Positions 55,847-64,000 of a stretch of 64,000 nt of DNA are shown piece by piece. The DNA lies in the NCBI GenBank assembly GCA_040382235.1, contig JBEIFV010000004.1, positions 12,842 to 76,841 on the forward strand, in the 5' to 3' direction. Within the stretch, counting starts at the first letter, position 1, and each line of letters starts with the position of its first letter. Both the position numbers and the translations under genes were made by a program. The notes under the pieces are model-generated. The model was not told the origin of the DNA. It made no database searches and saw only the letters and a program-made list of their open reading frames with translations. Source of the DNA: Burkholderiales bacterium. GTDB taxonomy: Bacteria; Pseudomonadota; Gammaproteobacteria; Burkholderiales; JAEUOS01.

Positions 55847-57077
55847 GCGCTTGCGGCGGGGTCGCGCAGCGATCGTCGCGGCGTTGACGCTGGTAGTTCT
55901 CGGTGCTGCCATCAATCGCGAGCACGCCCTGATCTATGGGCTTTTTTCGGTGATGGTCGCAGCCTTGCTTGCAGGCTATGCGATTCCACTATGGCAAATG
56001 CGGCCGCTGCGGGCCCAGGCCGGATTCATCGGTGGCGATGTCGAAGCCGGGGCGACGATCGAAGTAGCGGTGAGCATGGTCAATGCTGGCTGGTTGCCGC
56101 GGCGTCAACTGGCGCTGATCATCAGCCTGCGGCCGGGTCGACGCGCAGCGGTGGAGGCGGGCGCCTTTGCCGCCAGGATTCGCGGGCGCAGCCAGACCGA
56201 GGTTCTGGTGCGCTTGCGCCTGCCGGCGCGTGGTGTTTATGTGGCGCAGGCGGCGCGCATCGAATCGGCTTTTCCGCTGGGATTTTTCACTTGCCGGCGG
56301 TCGGTACCTGCCGCCGGTCGCATCACTGTGCTGCCGCGGCGTTTCGCCGTCGCCGCACCGAACCTGGCCGGCCAACAGGACGGCTTCGGAGCCGGCGTAT
56401 TGGCACCACGGGCGGGCGGTGACGGCGACTTTTCCGCATTGCGCGAGTATGTGGCGGGCGACGCACCGCGTGGCGTGCACTGGCCGACCTCGGCGCGCCT
56501 GGGCGAGCTGCACGTGGTGGTGCGCGAGCGCACCGTGCGCCCGCTGTTGTGCGTTGTTCTCGACACGCGGGCCAAAGCGCATGCGGGTAACGGCGAGGCC
56601 CACAGTTTCGAGGTCGCGGTGCGAATTGCCGCGTCTCTGGCGCATTGGGCGACTGAACGGCAAATCGGCACACAACTGGTCGTGCTGGGTGCGCGGCCGG
56701 TGGTGGTTGAAGCGGCTGCCAGTGGCCCACAGGCACTCTTGATCCAGCGCGCGCTGGCGGCGGCCGAGGCGCAAGAGGAAGCGCCGATGCGCGAGTTGCT
56801 CAGGCGCGCCATGCCGCTGGTATGGCCGCATGCACACCGCTATGTGATATTCGCTGAAGGCGAGGAGCGCAGTGCGGATCGGTCCGAAGATGCCATCGCC
56901 GCCTTGGCGGTGTTGGGTTTGGAGGGCGCGGTACTGACCGCCTTATGCCTGCACCGCGAAAGCTTCGCCGGGGTGGCGATGGAGAACGCGTCGGTTTTGC
57001 GCCGGCGCCTTGCGGCGCGCTGTGTCAATTCACGTGTGATCGGCCGCGATGAACGCCTGGAGCGCCTGTTCGCATGA
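55821..57077 (+). CDS. DUF58-domain protein (MoxR partner, VWA-like)
   Basis: Hallmark motif ..GDGDFSALREYVAGDAPRGVHWPTSARLGEL.., with two N-terminal TM segments. The start is uncertain; the GTG at 55821 overlaps the end of the MoxR gene. Confidence 0.8.
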   Translation: MWRYRPLIERLRRGRAAIVAALTLVVLGAAINREHALIYGLFSVMVAALLAGYAIPLWQMRPLRAQAGFIGGDVEAGATIEVAVSMVNAGWLPRRQLALIISLRPGRRAAVEAGAFAARIRGRSQTEVLVRLRLPARGVYVAQAARIESAFPLGFFTCRRSVPAAGRITVLPRRFAVAAPNLAGQQDGFGAGVLAPRAGGDGDFSALREYVAGDAPRGVHWPTSARLGELHVVVRERTVRPLLCVVLDTRAKAHAGNGEAHSFEVAVRIAASLAHWATERQIGTQLVVLGARPVVVEAAASGPQALLIQRALAAAEAQEEAPMRELLRRAMPLVWPHAHRYVIFAEGEERSADRSEDAIAALAVLGLEGAVLTALCLHRESFAGVAMENASVLRRRLAARCVNSRVIGRDERLERLFA

Positions 57078-58450
57078 CTGTGAGCGCAGCGCCAGTGTCG
57101 CCAACGCTGACCGCAGCGGCCCGATCGGTGCCGCTGCCGATGCTGGTCGGGGCCGGGGTGGCGCTCTATTTCGCCGCACTTTGCGTCACCTACCTGCTAG
57201 GGTATTACGGCCACTTTGGCGAGGACATGTTCATCTGGCTGGTGGTCGTAGGCGGCGCTCATCTGTTCGGAGGTGCAACCCTGGGCAATGTTTCGCCGCT
57301 GCTGCCGCGCGTGCGGAGTTGGGCGATGGTGATGGCTTTCGCAGGCCTGCTGCCGATGATGGGCATGTATTCACCGCAGCAAACCGCGGTGCTGTGGCTG
57401 ATCGCCATGCAGTCGGCGCGCATGATCGGGGTGCGCACGCGGCGCGATGTTCACTTCAGCCTGGTGGTTGCATTCCTTGCGCTCTATTTTGCTTCGGGGC
57501 ATGTCGAAACGGATTGGACCATGAGCTTTTATGCGGTGCCCTGTGCGCTGGCTATCCTGTTTGTACTGGCCTACGAGAACGCTCATGATTTTCAATCGGC
57601 AGGCGATGCGCCTTCGATCTTCGGGCCGCTGGTGGGCAGCATTGGTTCGGCGCTGGTGATCGGGGTGCTGGCTGCGCTCATCTATTTCGCCATGCCGCGG
57701 CCGCCGGGGTTGGGTTTCGGCTTTTTCCCGGACAACCATGAATATGCCGGCGAATCGCAGCGCCCTGGCGCGGCCAAGGCGCGCAGTGACGATGGCAAGC
57801 CAGCCAAAACGGGGGGTGCGTTGCCAAACGCTGGTCGCGGCGACGCGGCCCACGGCGGTGGATCGGGTTGGGTGGATCGCGCGCGCCGCATGCTGCGCGA
57901 AATGTCGCTGGCGCAGCGCGGCGCTGGCTTGGCGGATTGGCAGCGCGGCATGATCCGCGGCGCGGTCGGTACTGGCGAGGCGATCGTTGGCGTTGTGTCG
58001 AGTCTGTCGGTAACGCTGTACCTGCGGGATTTGCTGTGGTTGCTGTTGGCAGCCGCCTCCACCTGGTGGGCGGCTCGCCGGGCTCGTCGGCAACGCATCG
58101 CAACGCGCATGCGCGCCTGGGTCGACCGCCATGTGCTGTCAATTCACTGGCGGCGGCGTGCGATGGCTGAGGCGAGTCCGCGCTATTACCGGGCTGCTGC
58201 GCGCCTGCTTTCGCTTTATGGGCTGCAGCGCCTGCCTGTTGAAGCGGTGTCGGTACATGCGCAGCGGGTGGTTTTGCAACAGCCTGCGCTGGGGCAGTGC
58301 CATGCATCGATCGCGCAAGCGCTCGGGCATATCTTGTATGGGCCGCACCCTGAGGGCACGGTGGCAGACATCGATCGTGCATACCGCGCCTTGTATGAAC
58401 GGGCGACTTTGCTCAGCGAGGTGCTGCCCTATGGCCTGGCGGGAGCCTGA
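57074..58450 (+). CDS. polytopic membrane protein with DUF4129-like C-terminus, occupying the position of the transglutaminase-like third gene of MoxR operons
   Basis: ATGA overlap with the DUF58 gene. About 6 TM helices, a Gly/Ala/Arg-rich linker, and a C-terminal ..ASPRYYRAAARLLSLYGLQRLPVEAVSVHAQRV...ILYGPHPEGTVADIDRAYRALYE. I could not find a Cys-His-Asp transglutaminase core. Confidence 0.6.
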   Translation: MTVSAAPVSPTLTAAARSVPLPMLVGAGVALYFAALCVTYLLGYYGHFGEDMFIWLVVVGGAHLFGGATLGNVSPLLPRVRSWAMVMAFAGLLPMMGMYSPQQTAVLWLIAMQSARMIGVRTRRDVHFSLVVAFLALYFASGHVETDWTMSFYAVPCALAILFVLAYENAHDFQSAGDAPSIFGPLVGSIGSALVIGVLAALIYFAMPRPPGLGFGFFPDNHEYAGESQRPGAAKARSDDGKPAKTGGALPNAGRGDAAHGGGSGWVDRARRMLREMSLAQRGAGLADWQRGMIRGAVGTGEAIVGVVSSLSVTLYLRDLLWLLLAAASTWWAARRARRQRIATRMRAWVDRHVLSIHWRRRAMAEASPRYYRAAARLLSLYGLQRLPVEAVSVHAQRVVLQQPALGQCHASIAQALGHILYGPHPEGTVADIDRAYRALYERATLLSEVLPYGLAGA

Positions 58451-58456
58451 CCCCTG

Positions 58457-58669
58457 TCACTTGCACAGATAGCCGCTGCCGCCTAAGCGTCCATGATTGA
58501 ACATTTGCGCGAGGCTGCGCAGCACCGGTGGCGGCCGATCGGACGGTGCCACCACCCGATCGACGAAATCCGGCCCCTGCAGATGCAGGCCCAGCTTGGG
58601 AATGCCCTTGCACACATGGGACAGGAGGCCTTCGGCTTCGTTGCCCAGGAGCTGGATGATGTCGCTCAT
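58457..58669 (-). pseudogene. duplicated 5' fragment (68 codons) of fbaB
   Basis: [68 protein letters not shown], then CK-stop. Near-identical to the N-terminus of the intact gene at 53372..54433. Confidence 0.85.
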
Positions 58670-58775
58670 GATCGATTCTTTTCAGGTTCCGGCATCGCGC
58701 TGGCGCCGGGAATGTGTCTTCGAAGCATAGTGCCGCTGCGGCATCCGGGTTTGCGGCACATCAAACTTTGCCGCC
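58465..58775. repeat. ~315-bp direct repeat, copy B (partner 54229..54545)
   Basis: See copy A. Similarity starts 15 nt after the stop of the DUF4129 gene and runs through the fbaB-fragment ATG into about 105 bp of upstream sequence. Confidence 0.85.
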
Positions 58776-58843
58776 GCCGCGGTGCTAGTCTGAATTCCAC
58801 GAACCGGTGTTTGCTCCGGACTGAACGAGGATGGGAGGCTGTC

Positions 58844-59179
58844 ATGATTGGTGGATACGAGGACTTGCGTAACGAAGTGTGCGAAATCCTGGGCCGTGAG
58901 GTCACGGAAATCGACATCGACGTCGCGGTGGTGGCGATCGTGCACGAAGAGGGGCTCACAGCCACCACCGCTCTGGCGGAACTCAACGTGCTGGCGCAAA
59001 CCGATGAGGGGCGCGCGACGCTGCGCAACCTGCTGGCGCACTGGATCATGCATGAGCGCGATCGCAGTGACGGACCGCAGGCGCGCCAGGCGCAATTGGC
59101 CCTGACCCATTTGCTCAAGGCGCTGGGTGGCGAACGGCGTGACGGCGGCTTGCGACGCGACACCGACCGGCGCGGATAG
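58844..59179 (+). CDS. hypothetical protein (111 aa)
   Basis: ATG at 58844, preceded by GGGAGG at 5-nt spacing. Acidic N-terminal half and Arg-rich tail. No family recognised. Confidence 0.45.
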   Translation: MIGGYEDLRNEVCEILGREVTEIDIDVAVVAIVHEEGLTATTALAELNVLAQTDEGRATLRNLLAHWIMHERDRSDGPQARQAQLALTHLLKALGGERRDGGLRRDTDRRG

Positions 59180-59577
59180 CGTGGCTGCTCCGGTACACGC
59201 TCCGCGGCCGCGAGCGCTTGCGCGTCAGCAACAGGCCCCCGTACGACATGGCCCGCTGCGCGTTTGGTAAACGCTGAATCAGTCCCTGGAATGCAGACTA
59301 TCGAACGGAAGCTCGTTTCAATTTAGGCGGTTGCAGAAGCGGCGTTCTCAACCTGCGGACTTATTCAGTGTTTCCTTTGACGGTTTTTGAACGAGGCGGC
59401 CATCCGGTAAGCGGATTTGCGGTATAAAGCGCGCCGCGATCGGTTTTTCTGACGATCCAGGCCTTCCTCCCGCACCATTTTCAGGCATCCGCCCGGCCAA
59501 AAAATATTTCTTCAAAACCTGGTGGTTGGCACGCCAAAAGCGGCGTATGCTACTTACATCACTAGGCGAGGTTAATT

Positions 59578-62490
59578 ATGCAAACCATTGAAACAAAAGG
59601 ATTAATTAATTCTGCGGCTAACCTGGCCGAGCAGGAGATCTGTGCAGAAGTACTGATCGAGAAGTACGCCAAGGGCACCGAACAGTCGGTGCAGGAAGTC
59701 CGAAAACGGGTGGCCCGCGCTTTAGCCACAGTGGAGCCTGAGAGCAAACGCTCACATTGGGAAAAACAGTTCCTCTGGGCGCAGGAAAACGGCTTCGTTC
59801 CGGCCGGCCGGATCAACTCCGCCGCCGGCACCGATTTGACCGCCACGCTGATCAATTGCTTCGTCCAGCCGGTGGGCGACTCCATTACTGAAATGGTGGA
59901 CGGCCGCCCCGGCATCTATACGGCGCTCTCGGAAGCCGCGGAGACCATGCGCCGCGGTGGCGGCGTGGGCTACGACTTTTCGTCCATCCGCCCGGTGGGG
60001 GCGCATGTGAAGGGCACGAATTCGCGCGCGTCGGGCCCGGTTTCGTATATGCGGGTGTTCGACCGCTCCTGCGAAACGGTGGAATCGGCCGGCGCCCGGC
60101 GTGGCGCGCAAATGGGCGTGCTGCGTTGCGACCATCCGGACATCGAGAAATTCATCCACGCCAAGGACCGTGGCGACCTCACCAACTTCAACGTCTCGGT
60201 GGGCGTGACCGATGCCTTCATGCAGGCGGTGGTAGCCGATGCCGACGTGGAACTCGCGCACAAGGCCAAGCCTTCCGCCGAGATCATGAAGGCCGGCGCC
60301 TACCAGCGCGAGGACGGCCAGTGGGTGTACCAGAAGGTACGGGCCCGCGACCTGTGGGACCAGATCATGCGGTCCACCTACGACCATGCCGAGCCGGGGA
60401 TTCTGTTCCTCGACCGCATGAACAAGGACAACAACCTCTATTACTGCGAGACCATCGAAGCCACCAACCCCTGCGCCGAACAGCCGCTGCCGCCCTATGG
60501 CTGCTGCTGCCTGGGCTCGATCAACCTGACCAAGTTTGTGAAGGATGCGTTTGGCGAGAAGCCGAGCTTCGACTTCGCGGCCTTCGGCAAGGTGGTGGAT
60601 GTTTCCACCCGAATGCTGGATAACGTGCTCGATGCGACCCACTGGCCGCTGCCGGCGCAAAAGGCCGAAGCCGATTCCAAGCGCCGCGTGGGCCTGGGGT
60701 TCACCGGCCTGGGCGATGCGCTCATCATGCTGAAGCTGCGCTACGACACCGCCGAAGCGCGCGCCGTGGCCAGCAAGATCACCGAGGCCATGCGTGATCG
60801 TTCCTACCTGTACTCGGTGGAACTGGCGCGCGAACGCGGCGCCTTCGAGCTTTTCAATGCCGACATGTATTTGTCCGGCGGCAACTTCGCTTCCCGTTTG
60901 CCCAATGAAGTGAAGGACAAGATCCGCAAATACGGCATCCGCAATTCGCACCTGCTTTCCATCGCGCCCACCGGCACGATCAGCCTGGCGTTTGCCGACA
61001 ACGCGTCCAACGGCATCGAGCCGCCGTTCTCCTGGACCTACACGCGCAAAAAGCGCATGGCCGACGGCACGCACAAAGAGTACGCCGTGGAAGACTACGC
61101 ATGGCGCCTTTACAAGCATGTGGGCGGCGACATGAGCAAGCTGCCCGAGTACTTCGTGACGGCGCTGGAAATCTCGGCCAGCGCGCATGAGGAAATGGTG
61201 GCCGCCGTGGCCCCGGCGATCGACACCTCGATTTCCAAGACGGTGAACGTGCCGGCCGACTACCCGTATGCGGACTTCGAGGACCTCTACATGAGCGCGT
61301 GGAAGTCCGGCCTGAAGGGCCTGGCCACCTACCGCCCCAACAGCGTGCTGGGTTCGGTGCTGTCGGTCACCAGCGACAAGCCGGCCGACAAGGCCACCAA
61401 CAAGACTCCGCAAGACGTGGAGATGCTGGAAGCCAACAAGCGGCTTTCCATCAAGAGCCTGCCGGCCCCCGTGCTGGCCAGCCTGCGCTGGCCCGACCGG
61501 CCCACACTGCCCGGCGGCAACAGCGCCTGGACCTACATGATGAGCCACCCGGGTGGCGAGTTCGGTTTGTTTGTCGGCCACATCGAGGAAGAAGGCCAGG
61601 CCTTCCCGTTCGAAGTGTGGGTCAACGGCGCCGACCAGCCACGTGGCCTGGGTGCATTGGCCAAGACGCTTTCCATGGACATGCGCGCGAATGACCGCGC
61701 GTGGTTGAAGCTGAAGCTCGAAGTGCTTTCCAAGACCCCGGGCGAGAAAAGCTTTCTCATGCCCTTCCCGCCGCACGGCGAGCAGAAACTGATCCCCTCC
61801 GTGGCCGCGGGCCTCGCGCAACTGGTGCAGTGGCGCTGCGACCGCCTGGGCGCGCTCGATGAAAAAGCGCCCGACCTGCTAAGCCCCGAAGGCCGCCCGC
61901 ACCCGGTGTTGGACGCCATGTTCGCCCTGAACGAACCGCGCACCGGCACCGACGGCACGCTCTCGTGGACGGTGGACATCGTCAACCCCGCCACCGATGA
62001 AGACTTCGTGCTGGGCCTGAAGGAAGTGACGCTGCCAGATGGCGTGACCCGCCCGTATTCCATGTGGCTTTCCGGCAACTACCCGCGCGCACTGGATGGC
62101 CTCTCACGCATCCTCTCGCTCGACATGCGCGTGCTGGACCCGGCATGGATCGGCATGAAGCTGCGCAAGCTGCTCAATTACGCCGAGCCGTTGGGCGACT
62201 TCATGGCCTTCGTGCCCGGCGAGCGGCGCCAGCAAACCTGGCCCTCCACCGTGGCCTACCTGGCCCGCCTGATCATCCACCGCTATGCCATGCTGGGCGT
62301 GCTGACCGAAGAAGGCTTCCCCACCCGCGAGATGGGCATCCTCGAAGCGCCGCGCGCGGTTGGCGGCGCCAAGGGCGAAGTGGAAGTGATGCAGGGCAGC
62401 CTGTGCACCGAGTGCGGCAACACAACCGTGATCAAGAAGGATGGGTGTGAGTTTTGTACGGCTTGTGGGGCGGTGGGGGCGTGCGGGTAG
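59578..62490 (+). CDS. nrdJ: adenosylcobalamin-dependent ribonucleoside-diphosphate reductase (class II RNR)
   Basis: 970 aa, ...RINSAAGT...TLINCFV...[13 protein letters not shown]...[11 protein letters not shown]...[18 protein letters not shown]...[24 protein letters not shown]...ISKTVNVP.... C-terminal Cys-rich tail [22 protein letters not shown]. Confidence 0.92.
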   Translation: MQTIETKGLINSAANLAEQEICAEVLIEKYAKGTEQSVQEVRKRVARALATVEPESKRSHWEKQFLWAQENGFVPAGRINSAAGTDLTATLINCFVQPVGDSITEMVDGRPGIYTALSEAAETMRRGGGVGYDFSSIRPVGAHVKGTNSRASGPVSYMRVFDRSCETVESAGARRGAQMGVLRCDHPDIEKFIHAKDRGDLTNFNVSVGVTDAFMQAVVADADVELAHKAKPSAEIMKAGAYQREDGQWVYQKVRARDLWDQIMRSTYDHAEPGILFLDRMNKDNNLYYCETIEATNPCAEQPLPPYGCCCLGSINLTKFVKDAFGEKPSFDFAAFGKVVDVSTRMLDNVLDATHWPLPAQKAEADSKRRVGLGFTGLGDALIMLKLRYDTAEARAVASKITEAMRDRSYLYSVELARERGAFELFNADMYLSGGNFASRLPNEVKDKIRKYGIRNSHLLSIAPTGTISLAFADNASNGIEPPFSWTYTRKKRMADGTHKEYAVEDYAWRLYKHVGGDMSKLPEYFVTALEISASAHEEMVAAVAPAIDTSISKTVNVPADYPYADFEDLYMSAWKSGLKGLATYRPNSVLGSVLSVTSDKPADKATNKTPQDVEMLEANKRLSIKSLPAPVLASLRWPDRPTLPGGNSAWTYMMSHPGGEFGLFVGHIEEEGQAFPFEVWVNGADQPRGLGALAKTLSMDMRANDRAWLKLKLEVLSKTPGEKSFLMPFPPHGEQKLIPSVAAGLAQLVQWRCDRLGALDEKAPDLLSPEGRPHPVLDAMFALNEPRTGTDGTLSWTVDIVNPATDEDFVLGLKEVTLPDGVTRPYSMWLSGNYPRALDGLSRILSLDMRVLDPAWIGMKLRKLLNYAEPLGDFMAFVPGERRQQTWPSTVAYLARLIIHRYAMLGVLTEEGFPTREMGILEAPRAVGGAKGEVEVMQGSLCTECGNTTVIKKDGCEFCTACGAVGACG

Positions 62491-62736
62491 GAATAGTTGT
62501 GAACAATAGTTTTTGCAAACGGGTGCAACTGGTTCTGGCATAGGTTCGCGACGTGTAAGCAAGCGCGCGTGCCAAAAACTAGAGTTGAGTCTTGGTCGAA
62601 GAAAGTTCAGACCAATGTCTCGCGACACGCCAAGAACATAGGTCAGCTCCGGCGTCTCGGCTGGGGGTGATGAACGTTTGGGACTGAGAAACTAGAAACA
62701 CACAAAGACTCGAACATAGAAGCCGGAGGTTTCTTG

Positions 62737-63921
62737 ATGCGAAGCATTGAATTATTCGCAGGCGCTGGCGGATTAGCGCTAGGCATGTCCCGTGTTGGAT
62801 TTCGACATGCGGCGGTAGTCGAACGAGATCATGATGCTTGCGATACATTTCGGCACAATCAAAAGCTGCACGCCAACGGTGTAGAGCAATGGCCCGTCTT
62901 TGAGGCCGACGCCCGAACTTTCGACTACACAAGCCTGCAAGGCGACATAGCCGTCGTGTCAGGCGGTCCTCCTTGTCAGCCATTTTCACTTGGAGGAAAG
63001 GCGCGAGGCTACATGGACGAGCGAGACATGTTTCCTGAAGCGGTGCGCGCCGTGCGGGAATTGCAACCTCAAGCATTTATTTTTGAGAACGTCAAAGGAT
63101 TACTACGTCAATCATTTACTTCGTATTTCGAGTACGTGTATCTCCAACTGTCTCATCCGGAATTAACACGTCGTAAGGGGGAGTCATGGGAAGTGCACCG
63201 TTCTCGCTTAGAGAGATATCACACCGCTAATGCCAAGGCGGCGCGCTACAACGTTGTCTACAGACTTTTGAACGCTGCGGATTTCGGGGTGCCCCAACGA
63301 CGCGAACGAGTTTTTTTGGTTGGATTCCGCGCAGATCTAGGTATTGAATGGAATTTTCCCGATCCAACTCATTCTGAAAACGAACTGTTTTTTAATCAGT
63401 GGTGCACCGGTGAGTATTGGGATCGTCATAAAGTCAGTCGCGGCGCGCGCCCAAACCCCTCCGCGAGAGTCACTTCACGACTGCATGCTGTTCGCGATGG
63501 ACATCTCCTAGGTGAAATGAAGCCATGGGCTACTGTTCGAGATGCGATTTCTGACTTGCCCGAACCGGAAACAATTGGTGTTTCGCCTTTGCACAATCAT
63601 GTACTGAATCCGGGAGCAAGAAGTTATCCCGGGCATACCGGTAGTCCGATCGACGAGCCAGCAAAAACCCTAAAGGCTGGAGATCATGGCGTTCCTGGCG
63701 GGGAAAACATGTTGCTACGGACTGATGGGACGGTACGATATTTCACTGTAAGGGAAGCAGCCCGACTTCAAACATTCCCAGATGACTATGTATTTCGCGG
63801 CTCGTGGTCCGAAGCCATGCGACAACTAGGTAATGCAGTTCCGGTCCGCTTGGCGGAAACGGTTGCCGCATCTGTTGCGTCCACGCTGTCCGCTAGAGGC
63901 GGTAAGCGCGATGCGGCATAA
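62737..63921 (+). CDS. DNA (cytosine-5)-methyltransferase
   Basis: GGAGG 7 nt upstream of the ATG at 62737. Motif I ELFAGAGGLALG, motif IV GGPPCQPFS, motif VI ENVKGLL, motif VIII QRRERVFLVG, motif X GNAVP. Confidence 0.9.
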   Translation: MRSIELFAGAGGLALGMSRVGFRHAAVVERDHDACDTFRHNQKLHANGVEQWPVFEADARTFDYTSLQGDIAVVSGGPPCQPFSLGGKARGYMDERDMFPEAVRAVRELQPQAFIFENVKGLLRQSFTSYFEYVYLQLSHPELTRRKGESWEVHRSRLERYHTANAKAARYNVVYRLLNAADFGVPQRRERVFLVGFRADLGIEWNFPDPTHSENELFFNQWCTGEYWDRHKVSRGARPNPSARVTSRLHAVRDGHLLGEMKPWATVRDAISDLPEPETIGVSPLHNHVLNPGARSYPGHTGSPIDEPAKTLKAGDHGVPGGENMLLRTDGTVRYFTVREAARLQTFPDDYVFRGSWSEAMRQLGNAVPVRLAETVAASVASTLSARGGKRDAA

Positions 63922-64000
63922 CGACCTAGTTGTAGGCTCAATAGCGGCGCTCATTGATGCCATTAGGAATCAGGCTATCGCCGGAGAGACGTTTTGGTTC
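63911..64000 (+). CDS. 5' end of an unidentified ORF overlapping the methyltransferase stop (candidate cognate endonuclease or other partner); truncated by the window end
   Basis: My translation from the ATG at 63911 gives MRHNDLVVGSIAALIDAIRNQAIAGETFWF..., open to the window end. It overlaps the MTase gene by 11 nt, suggesting translational coupling. Only 30 codons are visible. Confidence 0.3.
   Translation, partial: MRHNDLVVGSIAALIDAIRNQAIAGETFWF

Larger units (their letters stand above)
62491..64000. other. compositionally distinct (lower G+C) segment; probable edge of a horizontally acquired R-M/defence island
   Basis: Hand count of one sample 60-nt line gives about 45% G+C here (63301..63360), against about 65% in one line of the core region (45001..45060). 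The change begins directly after the nrdJ stop. Confidence 0.5.

Noticed and set aside
59495-59565. NrdR boxes upstream of nrdJ
   Set aside because: Only weak partial palindromes (CAAAAAATATTTCTTC and CTACTTACATCACTAG) were found. They match the remembered consensus acaCwAtATaTwGtgt poorly and have atypical spacing (~49 nt).
59180-59577. Cobalamin riboswitch upstream of nrdJ
   Set aside because: No B12-box-like core (..GCCACTG..) was seen on either strand. Biologically, B12 riboswitches repress B12-independent RNRs rather than the B12-dependent NrdJ. An Rfam scan would still be needed to exclude it formally.
62491-62736. Small controller (C-protein) gene or terminator hairpin between nrdJ and the methyltransferase
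   Set aside because: Only very short ORFs (under 20 codons) are present. The AATAGTT...AATAGTT element after the nrdJ stop is a direct repeat rather than an inverted one, so it is not a terminator stem.
63911-64000. Vsr (very-short-patch repair endonuclease) as the ORF overlapping the methyltransferase 3' end
   Set aside because: The overlap geometry resembles dcm-vsr. However, the visible 30 residues do not resemble the Vsr N-terminus (..TRSRNMS.I....T.PE..). Too little sequence is available to name it.

Overview
High-G+C, gene-dense chromosomal segment. By composition and gene content it looks Burkholderiales-like (betaproteobacterial); this is inference, since no search was possible. All product calls come from reading the translated ORFs and recalling family motifs, not from database hits. 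I found no rRNA, tRNA, CRISPR array, transposase or integrase.

Gene content:
- Seven intact Bug/TctC-type periplasmic solute receptors plus one stump, with no TctA/TctB membrane partners in the window.
- Two complete TRAP transporters.
- Many small oxidoreductases: SDR, quinone oxidoreductase, NmrA and cupin proteins.
- Regulators of the LysR, GntR, TetR and Lrp families.
- A fused indolepyruvate:ferredoxin oxidoreductase.
- A class I fructose-bisphosphate aldolase.
- A MoxR-DUF58-DUF4129 operon.
- A class II (B12-dependent) ribonucleotide reductase, nrdJ.
- A C5 DNA methyltransferase in a lower-G+C segment at the extreme right end.

Observations most worth a second look:
1. A co-directional array of about 10.5 kb (27.4-38.0 kb) plus a divergent GntR unit (38.2-40.5 kb). 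It combines two TRAP systems, three Asp/Glu/hydantoin-racemase-superfamily proteins, an amidohydrolase, a PuuE-like polysaccharide deacetylase and an 81-aa transthyretin/HIU-hydrolase-like stump. This looks like an uncharacterised cyclic-amide/ureide catabolic pathway.
2. Direct repeats of about 315 bp, each made of the 5' end plus promoter of fbaB, bracket the MoxR operon.
3. Two decay zones. At 2.9-6.2 kb, toxin-antitoxin (TA) modules sit among gene stumps. At 22.2-27.4 kb there is a further TA-like pair, a G8-tract frameshift in livF and a truncated livH.
4. An SDR gene carries an in-frame TAA, and a Uma2 gene carries a 1-nt frameshift.
5. A compositional break directly after nrdJ marks the edge of a probable restriction-modification/defence island that continues beyond the window.
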